Source of the DNA: Eledone cirrhosa
Taxonomy: Eukaryota
Length of the DNA stretch: 64,000 nucleotides
Direction of reading: 5' to 3'
Assembly: GCA_964016885.1 (NCBI GenBank)
Contig: OZ024742.1
Span: 55,552,001-55,616,000 of the forward strand
Positions 14,484-28,403 of this stretch are shown here, piece after piece. Under the pieces are notes generated by a model. That model was not told the DNA's origin. It searched no databases and worked only from the letters and a program-made list of their open reading frames with translations. The translations under genes and the position numbers were made by a program. Position 1 is the first letter of the stretch. The number at the start of each line of letters is the position of its first letter.

Positions 14484-17084
14484 GCAACGAGAACGGCCTT
14501 GGACAAGTTCTTCAACGCAAAGCAAAATAGGTGCTCTGGGTAACGAGGGAGCCAAAGCTGTTAGCTGGGCCTGGGTGACAGAGGCGAAAAGTGGCAAAAA
14601 GTCCACGATTCAGTCTTTGAAGGATACGTGAGCCGAAGCAGATGTGCGCGGCCTTTCAGTGGCACTTTGCTCAGCTGTTCGGGCAGGGCGGCGCGCTCGG
14701 AAGGGCTATGGATTTCGGTCCATACCTCGACGGCCTACCGCGTCACCCGGCAGCGAGGCGAAGTTCTGCGAAAAGCCGATTTCAGACGCTGAGATAGGGG
14801 ACGCGCTGAACCAATGCGGCAAACGCAAATCTCCAGGTCTCGACGGTCTACCCTACGAATTTTACGTAGCAATGCCGGATTTGTTCTCCGGTCTCCTGGA
14901 AGCGGTCTACTGCAAATAGCAGCAGAACGGGAGAATTCCCAGTTCTGTGATCAGCGGCGTAGTCACACTAGTCAGGAAGAACGGGAATAAGAGGGTTGAC
15001 ATAGGCAACTTCCGGCCCATAACTCTGCTAAACACAGAGTTACAGATATTGACCAAGGTGTTGGCAAAGAGGCTGGCGCTTGTCGTCGAAAACCTGGTGA
15101 GAGAAGCGCAGACCTGCGATAAATCATAGAGAGGGTAGGGTGTAAACCCGGATTTGATGGAGCCCTGATCAACTTTGATCAGTCTAAGGCTTTCGATGGG
15201 GTTGATCATCGTTACCTGGATGCGGTGATCGAGGCGGCAGGCTTCGGACCCGTGTTCAGGGGCTGGATTGCTGTAATGCACAACAGCAATATCTTCTCTA
15301 GGGCAAGGTGAACGGCTACCTCTCAGAGCCGTTCCATATCACGCGATCCATTCGACAGCAATGCCCTCTCTATTCCCTTCTGTACGTACTGACTCTCGAG
15401 CCACTACTGCGGAAGTTGGAGCTATTGTAGGGCATCCCTCTGGAACTGGGACTGCGAAAAGCGGCGTCGGCCTACGCCGACGACTTTACAGTGATGGTGT
15501 CGAGCACCTCGCAAATCGAGGAAGTTAGCATCTTACTGAAGGAATACGAAAGGTTCACAGGAGGGAAGCTGAACCGGTACAAGTCCATCGGTTTGCAACT
15601 CGGATCATGGAGAAGCAAACCGATGCCTTCCGATGGCGTCATCGAACGCTGGACGGAAGGACCGGTAAAGCTGCTCGAGGTCTGGTTTGGTCCGGACCTC
15701 CAGGTGGAGAAGAACTGGAACGAGGTGACGGCCAAGGTGTTTGCACTCACCCAGAAGTGGGCCGAGTAAAAACTATCCTTGAAAGGTCGAGCGGAGGTGG
15801 CGAACACTTTTATAGCGTCCGTAATCTACTACCGCTTGACCGTCGTGTCTTGTCCAGCCAAAACGCTCACCAAAATTGAGCGCGCGTTCTTCCAATTCCT
15901 TTGGAAGAAGCGGGCTCCTTTGGTGAGAAGATCCATCTGCTGCCAACACCCTTCAAACGGAGGGCTGGGGGTTCCGTGGCTGACGATGCGCAAACACGCG
16001 CTCAGGCTGCGGCATCTCTACGTATTCCTCACCGGACAACCGGTGTGGGTCCCGTTCGTGAGGCGAGCATTCCCACGACTCGTCTCGCTGACCGAGCTGC
16101 AGTCCTGGGTCAAGCAAAGACCGAGGAAAATGGGCGAGTGACACATCGAATATGCTCAGGCGCTCACAGCCCTCTGGCAGGCGGACCCGGCGATCAGTGG
16201 AGACTCCACTTCGTCATTCTATAGAGGGTTGGTCCGCATCAAGTGCGACGACGCGCTCTGAGAAACTCTAGGCGTAGTGGAAGACGAACTGGCCAGTCTG
16301 TACGGTAGAACCTTCCGTCAGGGACCAATGGACAACTTCCAAAAGTCCCTTGGCTGACAATGCTACCGAGGAGCTTTACCAATTCGAGACAATATCTACA
16401 GACACGGGCGCCCGGGCAGGGACCCTTCGAAAAAGATCTGTCCGAGATGCGTGCGCGACGATGAAACCGTCGCGCACGCATTTGTACACTGCCCGGGCGT
16501 TACCGACCTGTGGGGCTATGTAGAACAAGTATTGTCGCGGGTGGGACCAATCCAGTTGACCACCGTGTCCATTATGATAATCAAAACGCCACCCTCCTTC
16601 AAAAACGAATGAGAGGTGGTTTTCCTTTGTGTGATAGCTATGGCGAAAGAAGTTTGTATGGTGGACGAGGTTAAAAGGGCTGAGGTCAGATACCTTTCTC
16701 TCCGGCCAACAACTGATTCTTTTTATCAAATACCACTTTGGAAGAAGAATCAGGATGGAGAGAGAGGTGCTGTACCCCAGCAAGTTTTATGAAAGGTGGG
16801 TTAAAGTGGCGAGAATGGCCCAAGTGAATGGGCCTTCTCTCTATATCAGCCTGTAGGTTGAGGAAAAGGAGGAAGAGAGAAGAGGGGGGTACACACTCTT
16901 CGTACTCCTGGAGATGAGGGTTGCACATTTTTTTCGGGGGTATATGTTACCCATATGAAATGTCTCCCCCTATTCGGGAATATCGATTTGCTTTTAAATT
17001 TCATTTGTGATAATATTTTACACGTTTTTTATTGTATGTAAACTTCCCCCTTTCTATTTGTCCCATTCTTTTGTGCCCCTGTGG
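14484..17084 (+). mobile_element. Old 5'-truncated L1/Tx1-type LINE (ORF2 pseudogene plus 3'UTR)
   Basis: Fragmented frames KSPGLDGLPYEFY, NFRPITLLN, AYADD, GGLGVPWL are collinear with the 30230..33649 protein; many stops and frameshifts; ORF2 stop at 16854-16856. Confidence 0.92.
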
Positions 17085-17869
17085 CACAGACATGGAACTG
17101 GTTGAGAAGAGGAGACCTTAAAAATGCTACAGAAGGAATGTTAATGGCTGCGCAAGACCAGGCCCTCCAAACTAAGGGGCTGAAACACCATATTTACAAG
17201 GAGAAGGCTAGCCCACTGTGCAGGATGTGTGGAGAGAGGGAGGAGACTGTGGCTCACATTGTATCCGAGTGTAAACACCTAGCCCAGACTCACTATAAAG
17301 GCTGGAGACATGATGGGATGGGCAGGGTGATCCACTGGCTCCTATGCAAAGTAAACAATTTACCACATTCTGAGAAGTGGTATGAGAATAAGCCAGAGTC
17401 GGTGATGGAAAACGATAAGGTGAAGGTGCTATGGGATTTGAGGATACAGACGGACAAGAAATTGGAACACAATAGACCTGACCTGGTGGTTTTGGACAAG
17501 GAAAAACGATCGAGCCTGATTGTGGATATGGCTTGCCCATTCGACACGAGAGTGCAAGAGAAAGAATAGGGAGAAAATTAACCGTTACCAGGATTTAAAG
17601 TGGGAGGTAAAAAGGATTTGGAACTGCCATGAAGTCAAAGCGGTCCCGATTGTCATAGGCGCACTAGGTACTATCTCAAAAGGTTTCCAGGGATGGTTAC
17701 AGAAAATTGGCCCCGCCCCGCTTTTTGGAACACTTCAAAAGGCATGCTTGCTGGGAACAGCAAGAACCCTCCGATAGGTCCTGAATATCTGAGGCTGCAG
17801 GTAGTGGCTTGATATTCATTTCAACAAACTTTCCAGTTAACTAACATCAATGACTGAGACTCAAAGAAC

Positions 17870-17900
<31 letters not shown>

Positions 17901-17909
17901 TTAATAATA
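17085..17909 (+). mobile_element. R4/Dong-type LINE copy D1, 5'-truncated, with (AAT)n tail
   Basis: [18 protein letters not shown] knuckle, [20 protein letters not shown] restriction-like endonuclease; two premature stops; ~80-bp 3'UTR then (AAT)n. Confidence 0.93.
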
Positions 17910-19513
17910 CTGACCAGTGTACAGCGAAAGGTGAGAGCAGGATACAGGTTGTGAAATGGAGGGCTTACTATCAATCACTTCCTCTTCGTGGACGATCTTA
18001 AGCTCTTCGGGAAGAGTGAGAAGGAGTTGGATGTGCTTGTTGACACTGGCCGTATTTTCAGCAGTGATATATGTATGCAGTTTGGTATTAGTAAGTGTGG
18101 AGTCATTGTGATGAGAAGGGGTAGGTTGAGCAGAAGTAACGGAATCCAGATACCAACAGGTGAGATGATAAAGGAAATTGACTCTGAGGAAGGATACACG
18201 TATTTGGGCGTTCTGGAGGCTGATGGCATAAATAACAAAAATATGAAGGAATTGTTAAGAACTGAATACATTCGGAGAGTAAGGAGCGTATTGAAGTCAC
18301 ATCTGAACAGCAGAAATGCCATAAGCGCAGTAAATTCCCGAGCTGTGTCTATTATTAGGTACAGTGCGGGAATTCTGAGATGGAATGTTGCTGAACAAAA
18401 AGAAATGGATAGGAAGACTAGGAAGCTATTGACTATCTACAACATGTTCCACAAGAGGAGTGATGTCGATAGACTCTACTTAAGGAGATCTGAGGGTGGA
18501 AGAGGTCTTATCAGCATAGAGGACTGTGTTCAGATGGAAAAATACAAACTACACAAATACGTGACTGATAGTAAGGAGCCAATGCTCAGAACTGTACTGA
18601 AGGAGGGGACAATAGGCCAGGGGATGTCCAAGGAGGAAATAACATCAAGGAGAAAGAGCAGCCTTCAGGAAAAATCCCTTCATAGTACCTTCTTTGAGAA
18701 AACTGAATTTAGATATCCCCAGACATGGAACTGGTTGAGAAGAGGAGACCTTAAAAAGGCTACAGAAGGAATGTTAATGGCTGCGCAGGAGCAGGCCCTC
18801 AAAACGAAGTGGTTGAAAGACCATATTTACAAGGAGGAGGCTAGCCCACTGTGCAGGATCTGCGGAGAGTAAGAGGAGACTGTGGCTCACATTGTATCCG
18901 AGTGTAAACACCTAGCCCAGAACCAATATAAGGGCTGGAGACATGATTTGATGGGCAGGGTGATCCACTGGCACCTGTGCAAAGTAAACAGTTTACCACA
19001 TTCTGAGAAATGGTATGAGCATAAGCCAGAGGTGGTGATGGAGAACGATCAGGTGAAGGTGCTGTGGGATTTTAGGATACAGACGGACAAGAAACTGGAA
19101 CACAATAGACCTGACCTTGTGGTTGTGGACAAAGAAAAAAGATCGTGTCTGATTGTGGATGTGGCCTGCCCATTCGACACGAGCGTGCAAGAGAAGGAGA
19201 GGGAGAAAATTAACCGATACCAGGATTTAAAGTGGGAGGTAAAAAGGATTTGGAACTGCGATGAAGTAAAAGTGATCCCGATTGTCATTGGCGTACTGGG
19301 GAGTATCTCCAAAAGTTTCCAGGGATGGTTAAAGAAAATCGGCCCCTTCATGCTTTTTGGAACGCTTCAAAAGGCATGCTTGCTGGGAACAGCAAGAACC
19401 CTCCGATACGTCCTGAATATCTGAGGCTGCAGGTAGTGGCTTGATATTCATTCCAACGGACTTACCAGTTAACTAACATCAATGACTGAGACTCAAGGAA
19501 TAATAATAATAAT

Positions 19514-19555
<42 letters not shown>
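17910..19555 (+). mobile_element. R4/Dong-type LINE copy D2, 5'-truncated, with (AAT)n tail
   Basis: ORFs 17988..18872 (DDLKL, YTYLG) and 18882..19424 (RLE) separated by one stop. Confidence 0.95.
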
Positions 19556-19563
<8 letters not shown>

Positions 19564-21664
19564 AAGACCGAATCAAGGGTAATGATGTTACCAACTATAG
19601 ACCTATCACATGTCTGCCCGTAATGTGGAAACTGTTGACGAGCATTGTGTCTGAGGAAATCTACCATCACCTCCACACAAACAACTTGTTGCCGGACGAA
19701 CAGAAAGGATGCCGAAAGAAGTCACGTGGTACAAAGGACCAGTTGCTTATTGATAAGATGGTAATGGGGAATTGCAGGAGGAGACACACTGATCTTGCCA
19801 TGGGATGGATAGACTACAGAAAGGCATTTGACATGGTGCCTCATTCCTGGATCACCAAAAGCCTGGAGATCTTCAGGGTGGCAGATAACATCAGACAGTT
19901 GCTGGGCAGGAGTATGGGGTCCTGGGAGACAGAGTTGACATCAACTGGAGTATCCTTGGGAAGCGTGAAGATCAAGAGAGGTATCTTCCAGGGAGATAGC
20001 CTGTCCCCTCTGTTGTTTGTCCTTGCCCTGATGCCCTTGACCATTATGCTGCGAAAAGTGAGAGCAGGATACAAGTTGGGAAGGGGAGAGCTTACCATCA
20101 GTCACCTCCTCTTCATGGACGATCTTAAGCTCTTCGGGAAAAGTGAGAAGGAGTTGGATGTGCTTGTTGACACTGTCCGTATTTTCAGCAGTGATATATG
20201 TATGCAGTTTGGTATTGGTAAATGTGGAGTCATTGTGATGAGGAGGGGTAGGTTGAGCAGAAGTAACGGGATCCAGACACCAACAGGTGAGATGATAAAG
20301 GAAATTGACTCTGAGGAAGGATACAAGTATTTGGGCGTTCTGGAGGCTGATGGCATAAAGAACAAAAAAATGAAGGAATTGTTAAGAACTGAATACATTC
20401 GGAGAGTAAGGAGCGTATTGAAGTCACATCTGAACAGCAGAAATGCCATAAGCGCAGTAAATTCCCGAGCTGTGTCTATTATTAGGTACAGTGCGGGAAT
20501 TCTGAGATGGAATGTTGCTGAACAAAAAGAAATGGATAGGAAGACTAGGAAGCTATTGACTATCTACAACATGTTCCACAAGAGGAGTGATGTCGATAGA
20601 CTCTACCTAAGGAGATCTGAGGGTGGAAGAGGTCTTATCAGCATAGAGGACTGTGTTCAGATGGAGAAAAACAACCTATACAAATACGTGACCTATAGTA
20701 AGGAGCCAATGCTCAGAGCTGTACTGAAGGAGGGGACAGTAGGCCAGGGGATATCCAAGGAGGAAATAACATCAAGGAGGAAGAGCAGCCTTAAGGGAAA
20801 ATCCCTTCATAGTACCTTCTTTGAGAAAACTGAATTTAGAGATCCACAGACATGGAACTGGTTGAGAAGAGGAGACCTCAAAAAGGCTACAGAAGGAATG
20901 CTAATGGCTGCGCAGGAGCAGGCCCTCAAAACGAAGTGGTTGAAGCACCATATCTACAGGGAGGAGGCTAGCCCACTGTGCAGGATCTGTGGAGAGAGAG
21001 AGGAGACTGTGGCTCACATTGTGTCCGAGTGTAAACACCTAGCCCAGACCCACTATAAGGGCTGGAGACACGATGTGATGGGCAGGGTGATCCACTGGCA
21101 CCTGTGCAAAGTAAACAATCTACCACATTCTGAGAAATGGTATGAGCATAGGCCAGAGGCGGTGATGGAGAACAGTCAGGTGAAGGTGCTGTGGGATTTT
21201 AGGATACAGACGGACAAAAAACTGGAACACAATAGACCTGACCTGGTGGTTGTGGACAAAGAAAAAAGATCGTGCCTGATTGTGGATGTGGCCTGCCCGT
21301 TCGACACGAGAGTGCAAGAGAAGGAGAGGGAGAACATTAACCGATACCAGGACCTAAAGTGGGAGGTGAAAAGGATTTGGAACTGCCATGAAGTCAAAGT
21401 GATCCCGATTGTCATAGGCACACTGGGGACTATCTCCAAAGGTTTCCAGGCATGGTTAAAGAAAATCGGCCCCTTCACGCTTTTTGGAACGCTTCAAAAG
21501 GCATGCTTGCTTGGAACGGCAAGAACCCTCCGATACGTCCTGAATATCTGAAGCTGCAGGTAGTGGCTTGATATTCAATCCAACGGACTTTCCAGTTAAC
21601 CAACATCAATGACTGAGATTCAAGGAATAACAATAGCAATAATAATAATAATAATAATAATAAT
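19556..21664 (+). mobile_element. R4/Dong-type LINE copy D3, 5'-truncated, with (AAT)n tail
   Basis: Same family as D1/D2; begins within the RT N-terminal part; tail at 21626-21664. Confidence 0.96.
19560..21551 (+). CDS. Uninterrupted RT, CCHC and restriction-like endonuclease frame of D3 (663 aa from the ATG at 19560; N-terminus missing)
   Basis: [65 protein letters not shown]. The poly-Ile leader in the ORF track is only the (ATA)n tract. Confidence 0.85.
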
Positions 21665-22464
21665 GATTTCTTTATTAACCACAAGGGTTTACATAAAGTA
21701 GACATTAAGGACAGTGCAGTACAATGCAGGACGGTACAAATTGGCATTTCTGCGTGTAAAAAAACCCCAAAAAACAGAGGGTGTAACAAAAAATAACAAT
21801 GAAAAATTCCCCAATAGGGGGGAGACTTCGGAGGGACATTTGTGGAGAAAGCCCAGTAAAAAGCCACAATGACCCTGACCACCAAGGCACGTGCCCTCTC
21901 CCAGTGTTCCACCTTTAATTTACAGATATATACTCAGAGTAGGCCCATTCACTCGGGCCATTCTTGCTTCTCTCACCCATCTTTCAACAAAATGCTGGGA
22001 AGAGAGCACTTCCCTCTCTACTCTGATTTTCCTTTTCAAATGAAATTTGAAAAAGTCAATCAGAGCATCACCGAAGAGGTAAGTGCTCGTCTTCAGCCCT
22101 TTCAAACGTGTCCACCATACTATCTCTTTCGCTATGGCCACCAGGCAGATAAAAACTGCCTGCCCTTCCCGGCTAGAGGAGGAGGGCGGGGCAATCCTCA
22201 CGATGGACTCAGATGATAGCCGGATCCGTCCTAAACGCGACAGCAGGTGTTCGACATAAACCCACAAGTCAGCAATTTTCGGACACTGGACGAGTGCGTG
22301 CAGGATGGTTTCGTCGCCCTGCGCGCATCTGTGACATGCCCGGCTGACGGCACCTCCATGCCTGTAGAGTTTATCCCGAACTGGCAAGGCTCCTCGGTAG
22401 CACTGCCAGGCCAGAGATTTCTGGAAGTTGTCCATAGGCCCCGGCCCGAAAGTTCTTCCGAAGA
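21665..22464 (-). mobile_element. L1/Tx1-type LINE copy T1 (3'-terminal 0.8 kb)
   Basis: Near-identical to 29968-30774; CHRC..H..C knuckle; ends TTAATAAAGAAATC-(ATT)n on its sense strand. Confidence 0.95.
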
Positions 22465-22481
22465 ATAATAATAATAATAAT

Positions 22482-25400
22482 GTTTTCTTTATTAACTACA
22501 AGGGTTTACATAAAGTAGACATTAAAGACAGTACAGGACAATACAGGACGGTACAAATGGGCATTTCTGCGTGCAAAAAAAACAGAGGATGAAATAAAAT
22601 AATAAAGAAAAATTCCCCAAAAGGGGGGCGGGGAGACTTCCGAGGGACATTTGTGGAGAAAGCCCAATAAAAGACCACAGTGGCCCTGACCACCAGGGCA
22701 AGTGCCCTCTCCCAGTTTTCCACCTTTAATTTACAGACACATACTCAGAGAAGGCCCATTCATTCGGGCCATACTTTCTTCTCTCACCCATCTTTCAACA
22801 AAATGCTGGGAAGAGAGCACTACCCTCTCTACCCTGATTTTCCTTTTCAGATGAAATTTGAAAAAATAAATCAGGGCATCACCGAAGAGGTAAGTGCTCC
22901 TCTTCAGCCCTTTCAAACGTGTCCACCATACTATCTCTTTCGCCATGGCCACCAGACAGATAAAAACTGCCTGCCCTTCCCGGCTAAAGGAAGAGGGCGG
23001 GGTAATCCTCACGATGAACTCAGCTGATAGCTGGATCCGTCCTAAACGTGACAGAAGGTGTTCGACTTAAACCCACAAGTCAGCAATGCTCGGACATGGA
23101 CGAGTGCGTGCAGGACGGTTTCGTCGCTCTGTGCGCATCTGGGACATGCCCGGCTGACGGCACCTCCATGCCTGTAAAGTTTATCCCGAACTGGCAAAGC
23201 ACCCCGGTAGCACTGCCAGGCCAGGGATTTCGGGAAGTTGTCCATAGGCCCCGGCTCGAAAGTCCTTCCGAAGAGATTGGCTAGTTGATTTTCGTCGACG
23301 CCTAGAGTTTCTCCAAGTACGTCGTCGCTCTTCCCCTCCACTAATCCCCTATAGAACGCCAAGGTGGAGTTTCCACCGATCACATTGCCCGATTGGTCGA
23401 GGGCTGTGAGCGCCTGAAGACATTCCAGTCTCCAATCGCTCCCTCTCGGTTTTCAATTGACCCAGGACTGCAGCTCCGTCAAGGAGACGAGCTGGGGAAA
23501 AACGCGTCTAGCAAACGGCGACCACACCTGATCACCGTCGAGGAAGAGGTGGAGATGTCGTAGCCTGAGCGCGTGTCTGCGCATCATCAGCCACGGCATG
23601 CCCAGCCCTCCACGTAGCGGGTGTTGACAGCAGATGGACCGCCTGACCATCGGAGCGTGTCCCTTCCACAAAAAGCGAAAGAGCAAACGCTCCAGCGCAG
23701 TCAGGCGAGGCTTAGGACAAGGTACGACGGTCAGGCGGTAGTAGATGACGGACGCGATGTACGCGTTAGCCACCTCCGCTCGACCTTTCAGGGATAGCTT
23801 CCTCTCTGCCCATTTCTGGGTGAGAGAAGCCAACCTGCTCGTCACCTCGTCACAGTTTTTGTCCGTCTGGAGGTCCGGACCGAACCAGAGCCCTAGCAAT
23901 TTAACCGGTCCGTCCGTCCAGCGCCCGACGACGCTGTTGGACGGCATGGACCTGCCTCTCCAGGTGCCGAGCTGCAGGCCCACTGACTTTTCCGGATTGA
24001 TCATTGCTCCTGTCACCGCTTCGTATTCTCTTAGCGTAGTGCCGATCGCCACGATGTGTTTGGTGTTCGACACCATTACGGTGACATCGACCGTATATGC
24101 TGACACGGATCTTCCGCATCCTAGTTCGCGCGGGATCCCCCTCAACGTCTCCAGTTTGTGCAGTAATGGCTCGTGAGTCAATTCCTACAATAGGGACGAG
24201 AGGGGACATCATTGGCGGACCGAGCGCCTGATGTTGAACGGTTCCGAAAGGTGACCGTTCACTCTCACTACAGAGCAGATGTCGCTGTGCATGGCAGCGA
24301 TCCAGCCTCTGAAGACGGGCCCAAAGCCAGCCGCCCTCAGGACTGCCGCTAGGTAACGATGGTCGACCCTATCGAAGGCTTTCGACTGATCTAAATTGAT
24401 CAAAGACCCACCCGTGCCAGGTTCCCTAGCTACCCTCTCTACGATGTATCGCATGAGGTGGAGGTTGTCGTGGATGGATCTGTCGGGAATGGCGCATGTC
24501 TGTGCCTCTCCCACCAGACCACCAACGACAAGCGCCAACCTCTTTGCTAGCACCTTGGCCAAAATCTTGAACTCTGTGTTTAGCAGAGTTATTGGCCTAA
24601 AATTATCTGTTATCCCCCTTGTTCGGATCCTTTCTCAGCAGCGTCACCGTTCCTCGGCTCACAGAGCTGGGAATTCTCCCGTTCTGTTGCCAGTTGCAGT
24701 AGACGTCCGCCAAGAGGCCTCCGAACAAGTCTGGCATTTGTACGTAAAGTTCATAGGGCAGACGATCCAAACCAGGCGATTTACCCCTTGTGCAGCAAGT
24801 CATTGCCTCCCGTACTTCAGCGGTTGTTATCGGCTTTTCGCAACACTCCGCCTCAGTGGCCGAAAGCCGCGGCAGTCCGTCGAGCTAGACACTAAAGTCC
24901 ATCCCTCGATATGGCCCGCCACTGCCCCCGAACAGTTGAGCGAAGTGTCGCTGAAAAGCTTCACACATTTGCCCGGGATCGAGTAGCATGCGCCCGTCGT
25001 GGTCCACCAAAGACGGGATCGTGGCTTTGTTGCCACGACGCGCCTCCGCCACTCGGGCCCATTGAACGGCTTTCATCCCCTCGTGTCTGAGAGCACGCAC
25101 TCTAGCTCTGACAACGCAGCCTTCGTGCTTTGCATTGAAGAATTGGTCAAGGGCCAATTTCGCCGCAAATACGTCGGTCGCGATGCCTTTGCTAAGCGCC
25201 TCGTCTAATTTTCTAACTAATTCTCCCTCTGCTCTATTTTTTTCTATTGATAAAGCCTTATTAAACATAATGGACTCTATTCTAATTGCTCTTTTCAGAG
25301 CAAACCACCACTTGTTGTTGACGATGGCCCCCGTCAACGCCCGCTTAACTATTTCGCTAATCCGGTCTCTGTAGGTCTTGCGCGCTGGTAAGGACGCGTT

Positions 25401-28346
25401 TAGCTTCCAGTAGCCGGGTCCTCGTCTATGAAGCCTATCTAAGTCAAGCACACAGATCACGAATGTGTGGTCCGTGTAGCTGACTATCTTGAATTGTGGA
25501 CAGCCTATGCTAGACCTATCTATTTCCCTACAAAATACTCTCTCTAGATATGATCTGGATGACCCTATGCGATTTGTCCAAGTCCACATTGGTACATTCG
25601 GGAAATCCATTCGGTACCTGTCAGACAGTTCAAAACGCCTGAGCAGGTTGGTGAGACTCTTGCACCCTCCTTCCCTATCCACTAATCCCACACAATCCAA
25701 GCGTGCATCTAAGATCCCGTTCCAGTCGCCCACTAACACTAAAGAGCGGGACGTTTCAAGAAAGGTCTCCAGACGCCGGAAGAAATCAGGCCGCCCTGCT
25801 CCTGTCGGGGCATAGACGGCCACTAACCTGAAAGCTTGCCCGTATCCGCTGGTCACGTCTAGCACCACCAACTTACCTTCTGGGTCCAGGAAGATGGCCC
25901 GTATGGCAAGATACAAACCTCTCCGAAAATCCACAGCAACTCTTCCCCCCGATCCAGGACGGCTGGGAGATGCGTACACATCGTAGCCGCCGAAGATAGG
26001 AGCGAAGGCCCGTGCTTTGGAGATTCTGGTCTCGCTGATGGCCACTACATCTAGGTTTAGTGACCTGAGGCCGTTGAGCAGGTGACCCTTCTTCCATGAC
26101 GACCCCAAGCCGCGCGCATTTATGCTGCCTATTCTGAGTGAGGTCATGTTGAAAAGGAGTGGAAAAGATGGGAAAGACCACTTACCTTACTTCTCGTAGG
26201 GGAAGGACGGGTTTTCCATCCAAGGATGTCCTTATAAATCCTCCTGGAGAGTGCTTGTCGGAAGTCTCCGATGTCTTTGGGGAATTTTTGTTTAACTGTC
26301 ATGTACGTTTTCTGTGTGGTGCGAGTGATTTGTATGTGTGGAGGTGGTGTGAATTATTGGGTTGTTGTGTAGTCTTTTTCTGTGATGCTGGTGTTGTGTT
26401 GGATGTAGTGTAATAATTGCTTGTTGTTCAAATTTAATGCTGTGTAGTGTGTATCGTTTTGTTTGTTTTGTTTTGTTTGCGTTTGTTGTGGGTTTGTTTC
26501 TGTTTCGCATTTTGGTGACTTTTGTGGTGTAGGTGATGGTGGTGTTGGGGGTAATGATGGTGATGGTGTTGGTGTTTGGGTTGATGGGGTTGGTGATGCT
26601 GGTGTGGATGGTGGCATATCTGTCCTAACTTTTTTGTTTGTTAATTTATTTGTTTCCCTCTGTATTTTGTTTTTGGAGGGGGAAGGAATAGAATTTTTTC
26701 TTTTTTGGTTTCTTTTTTTTTTTCCTGATACCGTTTCCCACTCCTCGTCGTCACAATCTGTCTCCAGTTGTGATAGGCCGGGGAGTGGAAAATCCTCCAC
26801 AGGCGTTAGTTTTGGTTGTGGTGTGGTGGATGGTGTAGGCGCTGGTGCTAGTTCTGAAGCGTTGGGTGGTGGTGGTGTTGGTTTTGCTGGTGGTGGTGGT
26901 GTTGGTTTTGCTACTGTTGCTGGGGTTGTTGCTGTTATGGTTGCTTCTGTTGTTCCTGCTACAGTTGTTGCTGCCATATCTGCTACTGGTGGTGTTGATG
27001 GTTGTGTCACTGGGGTGGGTAGGAGAGGTGGCCTCAACCTTTTAGCCTGAGGGCAGAAAGCCCTTAGGTGAGTTCCTTCACCACAAACGACACACCTAGG
27101 CCTTCTGCCCTCGACAATTACGGTGAGGTGGCTGCCGTCAGTGAGGTCTATTACCTCTGGGATCTCCTAAATGCTTTTTTGGTCCGCTTGGATCAGGAGA
27201 TCCATCCCAGATCCGGACCAGTTCTCCTGCTTTTCTTTTGCTATTGCTATTATCTTTGTGTTGGCTTCGATGCCGGCGAGGACGGCCGCTATTAGCCAGG
27301 GAATTTCGATGGCCGGTGGTCACCCTGATCTTTACGAGTCTCTGGCCACAATAGCTTGGGACGAGTGTGAAGTCGTCACTTCTTAATGGGGCCATGGAGT
27401 GTTCTCTAGCCTCCTCTGGTGTTTCAAAGAACACGTCCACGGTTCCATACTTTTGTCCACGTCTGATGTGGGTTTTTCTTGCCCACACATGTCCCAAAGC
27501 TTTTTGGATTTGGGACTCGGATGCCCGTTCCTCTCGGCGCGATTTTACATTTATTGTTCGATACAACACGGTGCATAGGCGCCGATGCTCCATTTTATTA
27601 GGTGGGGGGTGAGGCTGACCCTGTACCCATCTTTCTTTACCATTTGTTTGGCATTTTCTAAATCCTCCTGAGTTACCGTAAATGCTTCGAAATGTTTTGC
27701 TACTCTGACAAAATTCAGGGTGGTTTTTATTTATGTCATTGCTGTTGTTGTTGCTATCGTTATTTTTGTAATTATTAATTTTAGTTTCAGTTGTGGTGGT
27801 GGTGACGTCAGTCGTCTTTGGTGGGGAAGAGTCCATTTTGCTTGATTTCATTTCGACATCACGAGTTAATTTATTTTGTTCTTCTTTTGTTTCTGTTGTC
27901 GCGGTGGTGGTGGGGTTGGCGGTTGTCGCGGTGGTGGTGGTGGAGGCTTTAACACCTGCAGTCATTGGTAATGGCGGGAAATGAATGTCTGCCTGAGACA
28001 AATTTAAAATATTGCTACTGCTTATATTTTTTTTAGTGTTGGCAAACGTAGTAACATTTACAATGGTGGTGTCGGTGTGAGGTGTTAATTTGTGAGAAAG
28101 GCTTTCAGCTGCTTGGTGCAGTGGTGAATTAGCCATTTTTCTTTCAAAGAAATTTTTTGATAATCATAAAAGTTTAAATTTTGGGCACAAGGCCCCAATC
28201 TTTTTGGGTGTCCTTTTCGGAAAACAATGTATGTGCGCTTATATATAGTTAACAATAAAAAATTTCCATAAATGGCAATTTTTAACAAACGGACATAACA
28301 AACCTTTGCAGAGCTCACGATGATACGATTTACTATGTAGGTCGCC
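22482..28346 (-). mobile_element. Full-length L1/Tx1-type LINE copy T2 (ORF1 and ORF2 frameshifted)
   Basis: ORF2 pieces from 26147 to 22731 (APE in 24885..26147); ORF1 from ATG 28136 with CVVCGEGTHLRAFC knuckle; (AAT)n on both sides. Confidence 0.95.

Positions 28347-28400
<54 letters not shown>

Positions 28401-28403
<3 letters not shown>

Noticed and set aside
19482-19559. Hydrophobic poly-Ile leader on the 689-aa ORF
   Set aside because: It is the D2 3'UTR plus (ATA)n read in frame, not a signal peptide.
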